IMG/VR virus record: IMGVR_UViG_3300027754_004594
Span: 1-54,551 of that record
Direction: 5' to 3' (one strand)
Origin: a virus
Taxonomy: Duplodnaviria; Caudoviricetes
Length of the DNA: 54,551 nt
The translations under genes and the position numbers were made by a program. The notes under the pieces are model-generated. The model saw nothing but the letters and a program-made list of their open reading frames with translations, searched no databases and was not told the DNA's origin. The stretch's first letter is position 1. Each line of letters begins with the position of its first letter. Below are positions 47,382 to 54,551 of this stretch, piece by piece.

Positions 47382-47410
47382 TTGACAATCAATTGTCTAC
47401 AGACGATAAT
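47382..47410 (+). promoter_or_regulatory. Sigma70-like promoter
   Basis: TTGACA-N17-GATAAT. Confidence 0.7.
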
Positions 47411-47430
47411 ATCTGACGATTGATTACGGC

Positions 47431-48138
47431 ATGAAAAAGATATTTATTCCAGTGATTTGTTACAATCACACAGCAAATACAGAATACATGTTGAGTTTAA
47501 TGAAGCTAACTCATCATCTGAGAGATAAAGAGATTGGATATATACTATTTCCAATAGTATTTGAGAGTCTGGTTTCGAGAGCCAGAAACGCAGCAGCGGC
47601 GCATTTTATTGCTTCTGATTGCACTCATATGCTTTTTATTGATTCTGATATAGAATTTGAATCCGAAAGTGTAATTAAACTTCTTAATCTTGATAAAGAA
47701 ATCGTCGCTGGAGTTTATCCAAAGAAATATTATGTATTTGAAAGAATTTCTGTTGGAGAAGAAATCGTAGATTATCCCATCGCCGGTCAAATTAAATTGA
47801 ATGAAGAAAATCTTTTAGAATCTGAATATCTCCCTACAGGCTTTTTAATGATTGCAAAAAGTGTTTTTGTAAAAATGATGCAAGCTTATCCAGAACTTAA
47901 ATATCGTAATGATATTAATGGTTATGGAGATTTGGATACTTTTTATGATTTCTTTAAGGTGAGTGTTCGTAATGGTATTCTCGAAAGCGAAGACTGGGGT
48001 TTCTGCACTCATTGGCGAGACTTGGGAGGCGTGGTTCTTATTGATCCGACTATCCAGTTAGGTCACTCTGGGTGGAATACGTATTCGGGCAATCCTTTGA
48101 AGTGGTGCGGAGAAGCAGTCGCTAGAAATACTCCGTGA
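47431..48138 (+). CDS. GT-A fold (GT2-like) glycosyltransferase
   Basis: ESLVSRARN, HMLFIDSDI, GVYPKK, TGFLMI, SEDWGFC. Confidence 0.8.
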   Translation: MKKIFIPVICYNHTANTEYMLSLMKLTHHLRDKEIGYILFPIVFESLVSRARNAAAAHFIASDCTHMLFIDSDIEFESESVIKLLNLDKEIVAGVYPKKYYVFERISVGEEIVDYPIAGQIKLNEENLLESEYLPTGFLMIAKSVFVKMMQAYPELKYRNDINGYGDLDTFYDFFKVSVRNGILESEDWGFCTHWRDLGGVVLIDPTIQLGHSGWNTYSGNPLKWCGEAVARNTP

Positions 48139-48434
48139 AGACTCTCGAAAAAACATTCACCTCTAGAGGTTACCAATTCAAACAAATCCATCGCGACGGT
48201 CATTTCGCAGTGTATGAACGATTTCAAATTGGAATAAATAAAAAACATTACGAAGTAATAAAAATATTAAATCATAATGGTTATTCAATAGCAGGAAAGA
48301 AATATCCAGCAAGTGAATATTATCCCAGCGGAAACACTTGGGGAAGTAGCGGGTTCACTCTAGCCACTAAAGAAGATGCTTTTAAGAAAATTGATGAAAT
48401 GGTTCTTAAAGAAGCTGGTGATGGTAATTGTTAA
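48135..48434 (+). CDS. Hypothetical phage protein
   Basis: GTGA overlap; HYEV...EYYPS..WG. Confidence 0.65.
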   Translation: MKTLEKTFTSRGYQFKQIHRDGHFAVYERFQIGINKKHYEVIKILNHNGYSIAGKKYPASEYYPSGNTWGSSGFTLATKEDAFKKIDEMVLKEAGDGNC

Positions 48435-48447
48435 TATAATATTTTTT

Positions 48448-48524
48448 ACTCTGATAGCTTAATTGGATAAAGCCTCGAATTTCTAATTCGGCGACTGTGG
48501 GTTCAAGTCCCACTCGGAGTACCA
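48448..48524 (+). tRNA. tRNA-Arg(UCU)
   Basis: Acceptor ACTCTGA/TCGGAGT, anticodon loop TTTCTAA, T-arm GTGGG-TTCAAGT-CCCAC, encoded CCA. Confidence 0.88.
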
Positions 48525-48560
48525 TTTTTGTTAGAAAGATCTTTGAAATTTAGTCTAAAT

Positions 48561-48648
48561 GCAAGTGTGGCGGAATGGTTTACGCAAGGCGCTTAAGACG
48601 CCTCGGGCTTTAACTCCCATGCACGTTCGAGTCGTGCCACTTGCACCA
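48561..48648 (+). tRNA. tRNA-Leu(UAA)
   Basis: GCAAGTG/CACTTGC, AGGCG-CTTAAGA-CGCCT, long variable arm, TTCGAGT, ACCA. Confidence 0.93.
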
Positions 48649-48655
48649 ATTTCGC

Positions 48656-48736
48656 TGTTGAGGGTCGTTCCCTCAACACATATTGTATGGGGTAAGTCTG
48701 CGAAAACTTTCCCGCTAGACTCTAGCAACATACAGT
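48656..48736 (+). ncRNA. Structured spacer RNA (9-bp hairpin plus three-way junction)
   Basis: TGTTGAGGG/CCCTCAACA; ATTGTATG/CATACAGT enclosing GGGTAAGT/ACTTTCCC and GCTAG/CTAGC. Confidence 0.4.
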
Positions 48737-48745
48737 CAATTTAAT

Positions 48746-48839
48746 GCTCCGATAGCATAGCGGTCAAGTGCGACAATCTTATACATTGGAAGCTCTAGAT
48801 TTGAGCAAGACGTAGGTTCGAATCCTACTCGGAGTACCA
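48746..48839 (+). tRNA. tRNA with UAU anticodon (nominally Ile) and a 22-nt variable region
   Basis: GCTCCGA/TCGGAGT, D-stem GCAT/GTGC, loop CTTATAC, V-arm GCTC-TAGATTT-GAGC, GTAGG-TTCGAAT-CCTAC, ACCA. Confidence 0.88.
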
Positions 48840-48874
48840 TTTTAATTGCGTAATGGAATGTTAAGACGCAATAT

Positions 48875-48955
48875 TGACCTGAAGCTTAAACCTTTGCATA
48901 AGCCCTCGCCTCATAAGCGAAAGATAGCCGGGACGAGTGCCGGCCAGGTCAACCA
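48875..48955 (+). tRNA. Atypical tRNA with CAU anticodon (Met or Ile2)
   Basis: TGACCTG/CAGGTCA, TCGC-CTCATAA-GCGA, GCCGG/CCGGC T-stem, ACCA; non-canonical D- and T-loops. Confidence 0.7.
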
Positions 48956-48962
48956 ATTTCAT

Positions 48963-49499
48963 TCATAAAATAATTAATCCAGCGTGCAGTTCTCCGTGGC
49001 AATTCCTGCATACTAAAATGCATTTATCTAATTCTTTTTTTATTTCGGTAATTGAATAAGATCTGAGGTTTGATATATTGTATTCTTTTTTACTGGGATC
49101 TACGTGGTGAAAATCTAATGACCCCACGTATTTATTGTAGCCGCAAAAAATACACTTTCCACCTTTTAAATCAACGCATTGTCGTTTTCTTGTTTTTTGC
49201 TTTTCGTAGGACATTTTATTACTGCATTCTTTGCACCAACCGTGAGCTTTGCCTTTGGAGTTTATGTAATGATTTTCTTTGTTTAATTCTTTTTGCAATT
49301 TACATTGCGGACACGTCCTGCAAGTAATTCCTTTCTCGTTAATCATATCTTGATTTTTTCGAAATCTAAGGCTATTTGTTTTCAGTCCAAATTTTTTCAA
49401 CCAATGTCTTGTGGTTGTTTGTGATTTGCCCATCTTTTTTGCGATTTGATAGGTGCTTAGTCTTAGTTTGATTAACGTTATTAAATCTGATTTATTCAT
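48963..49499 (-). CDS. HNH endonuclease with N-terminal HTH and zinc fingers
   Basis: STYQIAKKMGKSQTTTRHWLKK, CPQC, CKEC, CIFCG..LDFHH, VCRNCHGELH. Confidence 0.9.
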   Translation of the reverse strand: MNKSDLITLIKLRLSTYQIAKKMGKSQTTTRHWLKKFGLKTNSLRFRKNQDMINEKGITCRTCPQCKLQKELNKENHYINSKGKAHGWCKECSNKMSYEKQKTRKRQCVDLKGGKCIFCGYNKYVGSLDFHHVDPSKKEYNISNLRSYSITEIKKELDKCILVCRNCHGELHAGLIIL

Positions 49500-49608
49500 A
49501 GCTTAATTAAATTACACTTATTAATATAATATTATTGAGCTACGCAAAAATTAAAAAAAATATTGACATATTGAAATTTTTGAGAGATATAGATGATACC
49601 AATTTTTT

Positions 49609-49677
49609 ACTCGCGTAACCTAGTTAAATAGAGATTGAATTCAAGAATTGTAAATTCGAGTCTTGCCGAGGATACCA
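49609..49677 (+). pseudogene. Degenerate tRNA-like element lacking an anticodon loop
   Basis: T-arm-like GTAAA-TTCGAGT-CTTGC, 3' ACCA, CTCG/CGAG partial acceptor, TTGAATTCAA in place of the anticodon arm; TTGACA at 49563. Confidence 0.5.
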
Positions 49678-49688
49678 TTTTGGAAAAT

Positions 49689-49717
49689 TTGACTTTTCAA
49701 CTCCCAAACCCTACAAT
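49689..49717 (+). promoter_or_regulatory. Sigma70-like promoter of dnaK
   Basis: TTGACT-N17-TACAAT. Confidence 0.7.
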
Positions 49718-49735
49718 AAGAAAAATAATATACAT

Positions 49736-51646
49736 ATGTCAAAAGTAATCGGAATCGATTTAGGAACCACAAATTCGTGCATGGCCGTCATTGATGGCGG
49801 AGATCCCATTGTGCTAGAAAATTCAGAGGGGAAGAGAACAACTCCGTCAGTTGTTTCGTTCAGTAAAACTGGAGAACGTCTAGTTGGAGACTCGGCTAAA
49901 CGTCAAGCTGTAACTAACCCCAAAAACACTATTTACTCTGTCAAGCGCTTCATGGGTCGTAAATTTGATGAAGTTCAGGAAGAGATTAAACGTGTTCCCT
50001 ACAAAGTAGTTCGAGCGTCGAATGGTGACGTTGCTGTCGAGGTTGAAATCAATGGAGAAGCAAAACAATTTAGTCCACCCGAAGTCTCTGCGATGATTCT
50101 TTCTAAGTTGAAGGCTGACGCCGAGATGCGATTGGGCGAGTCTGTCACCCAAGCTGTGATTACTGTTCCCGCCTACTTTAACGATTCTCAAAGGCAAGCG
50201 ACGAAAGACGCGGGGAGAATTGCTGGCTTAGAGGTTCTTCGTATTATTAACGAACCTACAGCCGCTGCTCTGGCGTATGGTTTGGACAAAAACAAAAACG
50301 AGCAAATTGCCGTTTACGATCTTGGGGGCGGAACCTTTGACATTTCAGTTCTAGAAATTAATGATGGCGTTTTTGAAGTTAAGGCTACAAATGGAGATAC
50401 TCACTTGGGTGGTGATGATTGGGATAACGCCATTATGGATTGGATTCTTAACGAGTTTAAGCGAGAAAGCGGAATGGATTTACGCAAACAGCCAGACGCT
50501 TTGCAACGCATTAAAGAAGAAGCTGAAAAATCTAAAATTGCGCTTTCGAATACTCAGTCTTATGAGATTAGTTTGCCGTTTATTACCGCTGACGCTAGTG
50601 GCCCAAAGCATCTTAGTTTGAAATTGACTAGGTCGAAGATGGAGCAGCTTTGCGAAAGTTTGTTCAACCGGACTATCGAACCTACTAAGAGCTGCTTGCG
50701 AGATTCTGGGATTGCCATTGAAAAACTTCAGGAATTAGTCCTTGTTGGAGGTATGACTCGAATGCCGAAAGTTGTTGAGACTGCTGGTTCTCTTGTCAGT
50801 AAGGCTCCAAATCAGGGAGTGAATCCAGATGAAGTTGTTGCCGTCGGGGCTGCTGTTCAAGGCGGCGTCCTTAAGGGCGATGTTAAAGACGTTCTGTTAC
50901 TCGATGTGACCCCGTTGTCTTTAGGCATTGAAACGGTGGGTGGTGTTTTCGTAAAGCTGATCGAACGTAATACGACCATTCCTTCAAAAAAGTCGGAAAC
51001 TTTTTCGACTGCTGGAGATAACCAAGTTGTCGTAGAGATTCACGTCTTGCAAGGAGAACGGCAGTTCTGTAAAGATAATAAAACAATCGGACGATTCCAA
51101 TTGGCGGATATCCCACCCGCTCCACGAGGTGTTCCTCAAATTCAAGTTACTTTTGATATTGATGTTAATGGTATTTTAAATGTCAGCGCAAAAGATTTAG
51201 GAACAAATAAAGAGCAAAAAATAGTTATTACTGCCAGCGGCGGATTATCTAAGGACGAAATTGAGCAAATGAAGAAGGATGCTGAAGCCTACGCAGAAGA
51301 GGACAAGAAGAAGCTTGAAGAACTGCAATTGAATAACGAAGCTGATGATTTAGTTTATAGGTCAGAAAAAATAATCAAAGATAGTTCTGACAAGCTAACT
51401 CCAGAAAGTAAAGTTAAATTAGAACAATGTTTAGCTACTCTTAAGGAAGCCTTAAAGAATAATGATTATACTGCAATTAAATCAGCCAATAGTGAATTGA
51501 GCGCGGTTCTACAAGCAACCAATTTCTTATTAAATAAAGATAATATGGAAAAAGAAGCACCAACAGGCTCATCCGCGAATCCAAAACCAGAAGATATAGA
51601 CCCATCCATCTTTGAGGAGCTTTTAAAGCAAAAACCCAACCCCTAA
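49736..51646 (+). CDS. dnaK: Chaperone DnaK (Hsp70)
   Basis: [38 protein letters not shown]. Confidence 0.97.
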   Translation: MSKVIGIDLGTTNSCMAVIDGGDPIVLENSEGKRTTPSVVSFSKTGERLVGDSAKRQAVTNPKNTIYSVKRFMGRKFDEVQEEIKRVPYKVVRASNGDVAVEVEINGEAKQFSPPEVSAMILSKLKADAEMRLGESVTQAVITVPAYFNDSQRQATKDAGRIAGLEVLRIINEPTAAALAYGLDKNKNEQIAVYDLGGGTFDISVLEINDGVFEVKATNGDTHLGGDDWDNAIMDWILNEFKRESGMDLRKQPDALQRIKEEAEKSKIALSNTQSYEISLPFITADASGPKHLSLKLTRSKMEQLCESLFNRTIEPTKSCLRDSGIAIEKLQELVLVGGMTRMPKVVETAGSLVSKAPNQGVNPDEVVAVGAAVQGGVLKGDVKDVLLLDVTPLSLGIETVGGVFVKLIERNTTIPSKKSETFSTAGDNQVVVEIHVLQGERQFCKDNKTIGRFQLADIPPAPRGVPQIQVTFDIDVNGILNVSAKDLGTNKEQKIVITASGGLSKDEIEQMKKDAEAYAEEDKKKLEELQLNNEADDLVYRSEKIIKDSSDKLTPESKVKLEQCLATLKEALKNNDYTAIKSANSELSAVLQATNFLLNKDNMEKEAPTGSSANPKPEDIDPSIFEELLKQKPNP

Positions 51647-51659
51647 TCAAGAAAATCAA

Positions 51660-51884
51660 ATGGAAGAAAAGATTGATTTAATAATTCGAGATCATTGTAA
51701 ACAATTTAAAAAAATCAATAAAACCCAAAGCATTTCAAAAATAATAAAATCTTTAGATTGCATCGTTCAGGATTTATACCTTGAGATTTACACTCTAAGA
51801 GATGAAAGAAAAGCTGTCGATTTTCTAAAACAAAGAGCTGAAGACAAAAAAGCAGCAAAATTACAAAAATGTAATCATTGTTAA
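51660..51884 (+). CDS. Hypothetical protein
   Basis: ORF directly after dnaK. Confidence 0.5.
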   Translation: MEEKIDLIIRDHCKQFKKINKTQSISKIIKSLDCIVQDLYLEIYTLRDERKAVDFLKQRAEDKKAAKLQKCNHC

Positions 51885-51959
51885 TCTCAAAGCGAAATAT
51901 CAGAAAATGTTTTTTAGAAGACTTTAAAATAGTTATCGTTATAACTTCGATAAAATTAC

Positions 51960-52091
51960 ATGAAATATATAAAATTGGATTTAGTCTTACAGGGCCCTTT
52001 ATACGAATACACTCCACAAATTGTAGATGAATATTTTAAACTTCCATTAATGGTCCGTCAGGCAACTGACGAGTTTGTAAAAAACTTTTAA
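51960..52091 (+). pseudogene. 43-aa ORF resembling the N-terminus of WavE-family proteins (probable remnant)
   Basis: Manual translation MKYIKLDLVLQGPLYEYTPQIVDEYFKLP... Confidence 0.4.
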
Positions 52092-52092
52092 T

Positions 52093-52422
52093 ATGCGATT
52101 AAATCAGATATTTTTAATATTAGTCGGTTCATGTGCCTTGGCTCTTGGGGGTGACATAGTGGTTTCGTGGGATAAAGTAAAAAATGCAGAAGAATACTAC
52201 ATCCAATACGGAACGGAAAATGTAATAACTAGTTTAACCACCGCCAGTAATCAATTTAAAATAGAAAACGTAACGGAGGGAAGAGTTTATTTCGTAAAAG
52301 TAAAATCAATAAATAAATCAGAAACAAGCAAAGATAGTCAAGTTTTAAAATTTAAAGTTCCAAAAGCAAAACAAAATAAACCATTGCAAGCTCCTGATCC
52401 AAAATTAGTATTTAAAAACTAA
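52093..52422 (+). CDS. Secreted fibronectin type III-like protein
   Basis: Signal-like N-terminus; VSWDKV..AEEYYIQYG...GRVYFVKVKSIN. Confidence 0.75.
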   Translation: MRLNQIFLILVGSCALALGGDIVVSWDKVKNAEEYYIQYGTENVITSLTTASNQFKIENVTEGRVYFVKVKSINKSETSKDSQVLKFKVPKAKQNKPLQAPDPKLVFKN

Positions 52423-52425
52423 AGC

Positions 52426-53472
52426 ATGAGTAAGCGCGATTATTACACAGTATTAGAAATAGCTCGATCAGCTTCTGAGGAGGAAATTAAGAAGGCTTAT
52501 CGAAAAATGGCTGTTAAATATCATCCAGATAAAAATCCTGATGATAAAACCTCAGAGGAAAAATTTAAGGAAGTTAATGAAGCTTATGAAGTTTTAAGCG
52601 ATAGTCAAGAACGAGCCGCTTACGATTTGCACGGTCACAAAGCGTTTGATCCTCGTGCTCGGTCTAATGGGAACTCTCATAATCCATTCGGGGGGTTTCA
52701 TGAGACCTTTCATGATTTTTTTAGCAGCGGGAGTCAGAGACCTAGTCCAACTAGTCCGCAGCGTGGATCGGATCTGGAATGCAATATTGAAATTTCACTG
52801 GAGCAGGCGGCTTCTGGTTTTACAAAAGAAGTTGACATCACTAAGTTGGAGTCGTGCGAACCGTGTAAAAATTCTGGTGCAGAAGCGGGGTCTGGTCTTA
52901 CGCAGTGTAAGGCTTGCGGCGGATCCGGCCAAATAGTGTTGTCCCAAGGCCCGTTCAGAATGGTTCAATCTTGCTCTCCTTGTAAAGGCTCTGGTAAGGT
53001 TATTGAGACTCCTTGTCGAGTCTGTAAGGGATCTGGCCGCAATCAAAAGCAGTCTAAACTAAATATAATAATTCCTAAAGGTGTTGCCACAGGTAACCGA
53101 TTGTGCTTGACTGGGCACGGAGAGGGTGGTCTTAATAATGGCGGAAATGGAAATATTTATTTTGCGATTCACGTTAAGAAGCACGACATTTTTGATAGGG
53201 ACGGAGACGACTTATTTTGTGAAGTTCCTATCCCATTTACGGACGCGACATTAGGCGGCGAAGTCGAAATCCCCACCTTAACAGGGAAGGTGAAAATTAA
53301 TGTTCCTTCAGGATCTCAGCAAGGATCCGTGTTGCAAGTCCAAGGACTTGGCATGCAAAATACCCAAAGCAATAAAATTGGAAATCTTAAAGTTAAATTG
53401 AAAATTAAAGTTCCTACTAATTTAAACGCTTCCCAAAGAGCGAAGTTGAAAGAATTCGCTGAGTTATGTTAG
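52426..53472 (+). CDS. dnaJ: Chaperone DnaJ
   Basis: J domain with HPD, four CxxCxGxG-type repeats, C-terminal substrate domain. Confidence 0.95.
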   Translation: MSKRDYYTVLEIARSASEEEIKKAYRKMAVKYHPDKNPDDKTSEEKFKEVNEAYEVLSDSQERAAYDLHGHKAFDPRARSNGNSHNPFGGFHETFHDFFSSGSQRPSPTSPQRGSDLECNIEISLEQAASGFTKEVDITKLESCEPCKNSGAEAGSGLTQCKACGGSGQIVLSQGPFRMVQSCSPCKGSGKVIETPCRVCKGSGRNQKQSKLNIIIPKGVATGNRLCLTGHGEGGLNNGGNGNIYFAIHVKKHDIFDRDGDDLFCEVPIPFTDATLGGEVEIPTLTGKVKINVPSGSQQGSVLQVQGLGMQNTQSNKIGNLKVKLKIKVPTNLNASQRAKLKEFAELC

Positions 53473-53519
53473 CGTAAATAACTGTAAGATCGCTTACAAA
53501 ACCCAGATTGCTGATGGAT

Positions 53520-54245
53520 ATGGATTTAAAATACAAAAAAGTTGACGGTGGTATTACTATTACTCATGGCGATATTAGTGCAACTGGTGAGTTGATCATC
53601 CCTGACCAAATCGACGGGTTCCCGGTCACCTCCATCGGCGGCAGCGCGTTCTGGTATTTCACTAGCCTAACGAGCGTGACCCTCCCTAGCAGCATCACCT
53701 CTATCGCCGCCGCAGCGTTCTTAGGGTGCAGTGGTCTGACGAGTGTGACTCTCCCTAGTGGCCTCACCTCCATCGGTAACGAAGCGTTCTATGGGTGCAG
53801 TGGCCTGACGAGCGTGATACTCCCCAGCAACCTCACTTCCATCGGTGACGAAACGTTCAGTTCGTGCAGGGGATTGACGAGTGTGACCCTCCCCAATAGC
53901 CTCACCTCCATCGGTAACGATGCGTTCTCGTGGTGCCCTGCTCTGACGAGCGTGACCCTTCCCGACAGCCTCACCTCCATCGGCGACTATGCGTTCTATG
54001 GGTGTAGTGGGTTGACAAGCGTAATCCTTCCCAACAGTCTTACCTCCATCGGCAACTATGCGTTCTATTGGTGCAGTGGATTGACAAGCGTAATCCTCCC
54101 TAGTGGCCTCAAGTCTATCGGCAACAATATATTCTACGGCTGCGCTGGGTTGAAGAGTGTGACGACGTCTAAAGCTGCCGTCTCAGCCCTAATAAAAAAC
54201 GTGTTCCCTCCTGATGTCGAAGTAATCTATGATATAGAAAATTGA
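53520..54245 (+). CDS. BspA-type (LRR_5) leucine-rich repeat protein; start uncertain (53508-53520)
   Basis: About 7-8 repeats of LTSVTLPxxLTSIGxxAFxxCxx (23 aa). Confidence 0.9.
   Translation: MDLKYKKVDGGITITHGDISATGELIIPDQIDGFPVTSIGGSAFWYFTSLTSVTLPSSITSIAAAAFLGCSGLTSVTLPSGLTSIGNEAFYGCSGLTSVILPSNLTSIGDETFSSCRGLTSVTLPNSLTSIGNDAFSWCPALTSVTLPDSLTSIGDYAFYGCSGLTSVILPNSLTSIGNYAFYWCSGLTSVILPSGLKSIGNNIFYGCAGLKSVTTSKAAVSALIKNVFPPDVEVIYDIEN
53625..54165 (+). repeat. 69-nt tandem coding repeats
   Basis: Recurring ctgacgagcgtgaccctccc...ctcacctccatcgg units. Confidence 0.85.
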
Positions 54246-54310
54246 AGGAAAGAGTGAATGTGCAAATTTAGCCTAGTATCCATTGACCAAGTGTAATTAT
54301 AAGAGATGCT

Positions 54311-54551
54311 ATGGAAAACTATTATCTGTTTTTAGATGACCTGAGGAATCCAAAAGACGTTACTTGGATCACAATTCCTCAAGAAAACTGGACTATTGCG
54401 CGAACATACAAGGAATTTGTAGAATTAATCACAGAAAAGAGTCACGCTCCATCTTTTGTTTCTTATGATCACGATTTATCAGATTATACCTACGTAACGA
54501 GACCTCGTATTGATAAATTCGGAATAATACAAACGGATCAGCATAAAATTG
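54311..54551 (+). CDS. Cyclic-phosphate-processing receiver-domain-like protein (partial)
   Basis: Manual translation MENYYLFLDDLRNP...ARTYKEF...VSYDHDL; AGTGTAAT at 54290-54297. Confidence 0.7.
   Translation, partial: MENYYLFLDDLRNPKDVTWITIPQENWTIARTYKEFVELITEKSHAPSFVSYDHDLSDYTYVTRPRIDKFGIIQTDQHKI

Noticed and set aside
48448-48524. Amber suppressor tRNA (CUA) and stop-codon recoding
   Set aside because: Canonical arm spacing gives loop TTTCTAA with anticodon TCT; genes end normally at TAG, TGA and TAA and are intact in the standard code
2004-53980. Many short antisense or nested ORFs in the track (e.g. 4033..4284, 21744..22022, 28931..29323, 36571..36870, 38938..39348, 43768..44157, 48559..48744, 53564..53773)
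   Set aside because: They overlap well-supported genes or tRNAs and have no motifs; treated as shadow ORFs
38127-54245. Diversity-generating retroelement acting on the tail fibre or LRR repeats
   Set aside because: No reverse transcriptase in the window, all repeat copies are within coding sequence, and no non-coding template repeat was seen

Overview
This window looks like part of a large (jumbo-type) dsDNA phage genome, not a bacterial chromosome. Genes are tightly packed and overlapping, and there are no rRNA or ribosomal-protein genes. 1-7.9 kb (minus): replication module with a Pol III alpha split into three genes (degenerate PHP, DEDDh exonuclease, DnaE core), a PD-(D/E)XK nuclease, primase, DnaB, a Vsr-like nuclease and RecA. 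7.9-25.5 kb (minus): about 20 nucleotide-sugar, glycosyl- and methyltransferase genes. 25.5-31.4 kb: nrdAB, another glycosyltransferase, a DUF736-like gene and a sigma factor. 31.4-32.25 kb: non-coding, with an AT-rich stretch carrying 17-nt direct repeats and a candidate ~490-nt structured RNA. 32.7-48.4 kb: a 40-aa peptide with two clamp-motif-like repeats, a HaeIII-like C5 methyltransferase, a dNMP kinase, a tail-fibre/LamG cassette, candidate lysis genes and thyX. 48.4-49.7 kb: tRNA cluster (Arg, Leu, Ile-UAU with a long variable arm, an atypical CAU tRNA, a tRNA remnant) interrupted by an HNH gene. The window ends with dnaK, dnaJ, a BspA-type LRR gene and a partial ORF. An AGTGTAAT motif recurs 7-13 nt upstream of starts and is a candidate late promoter. 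DnaK and DnaJ resemble Verrucomicrobiota proteins as I recall them, which is unverified. All calls come from reading motifs by eye; no searches were run.
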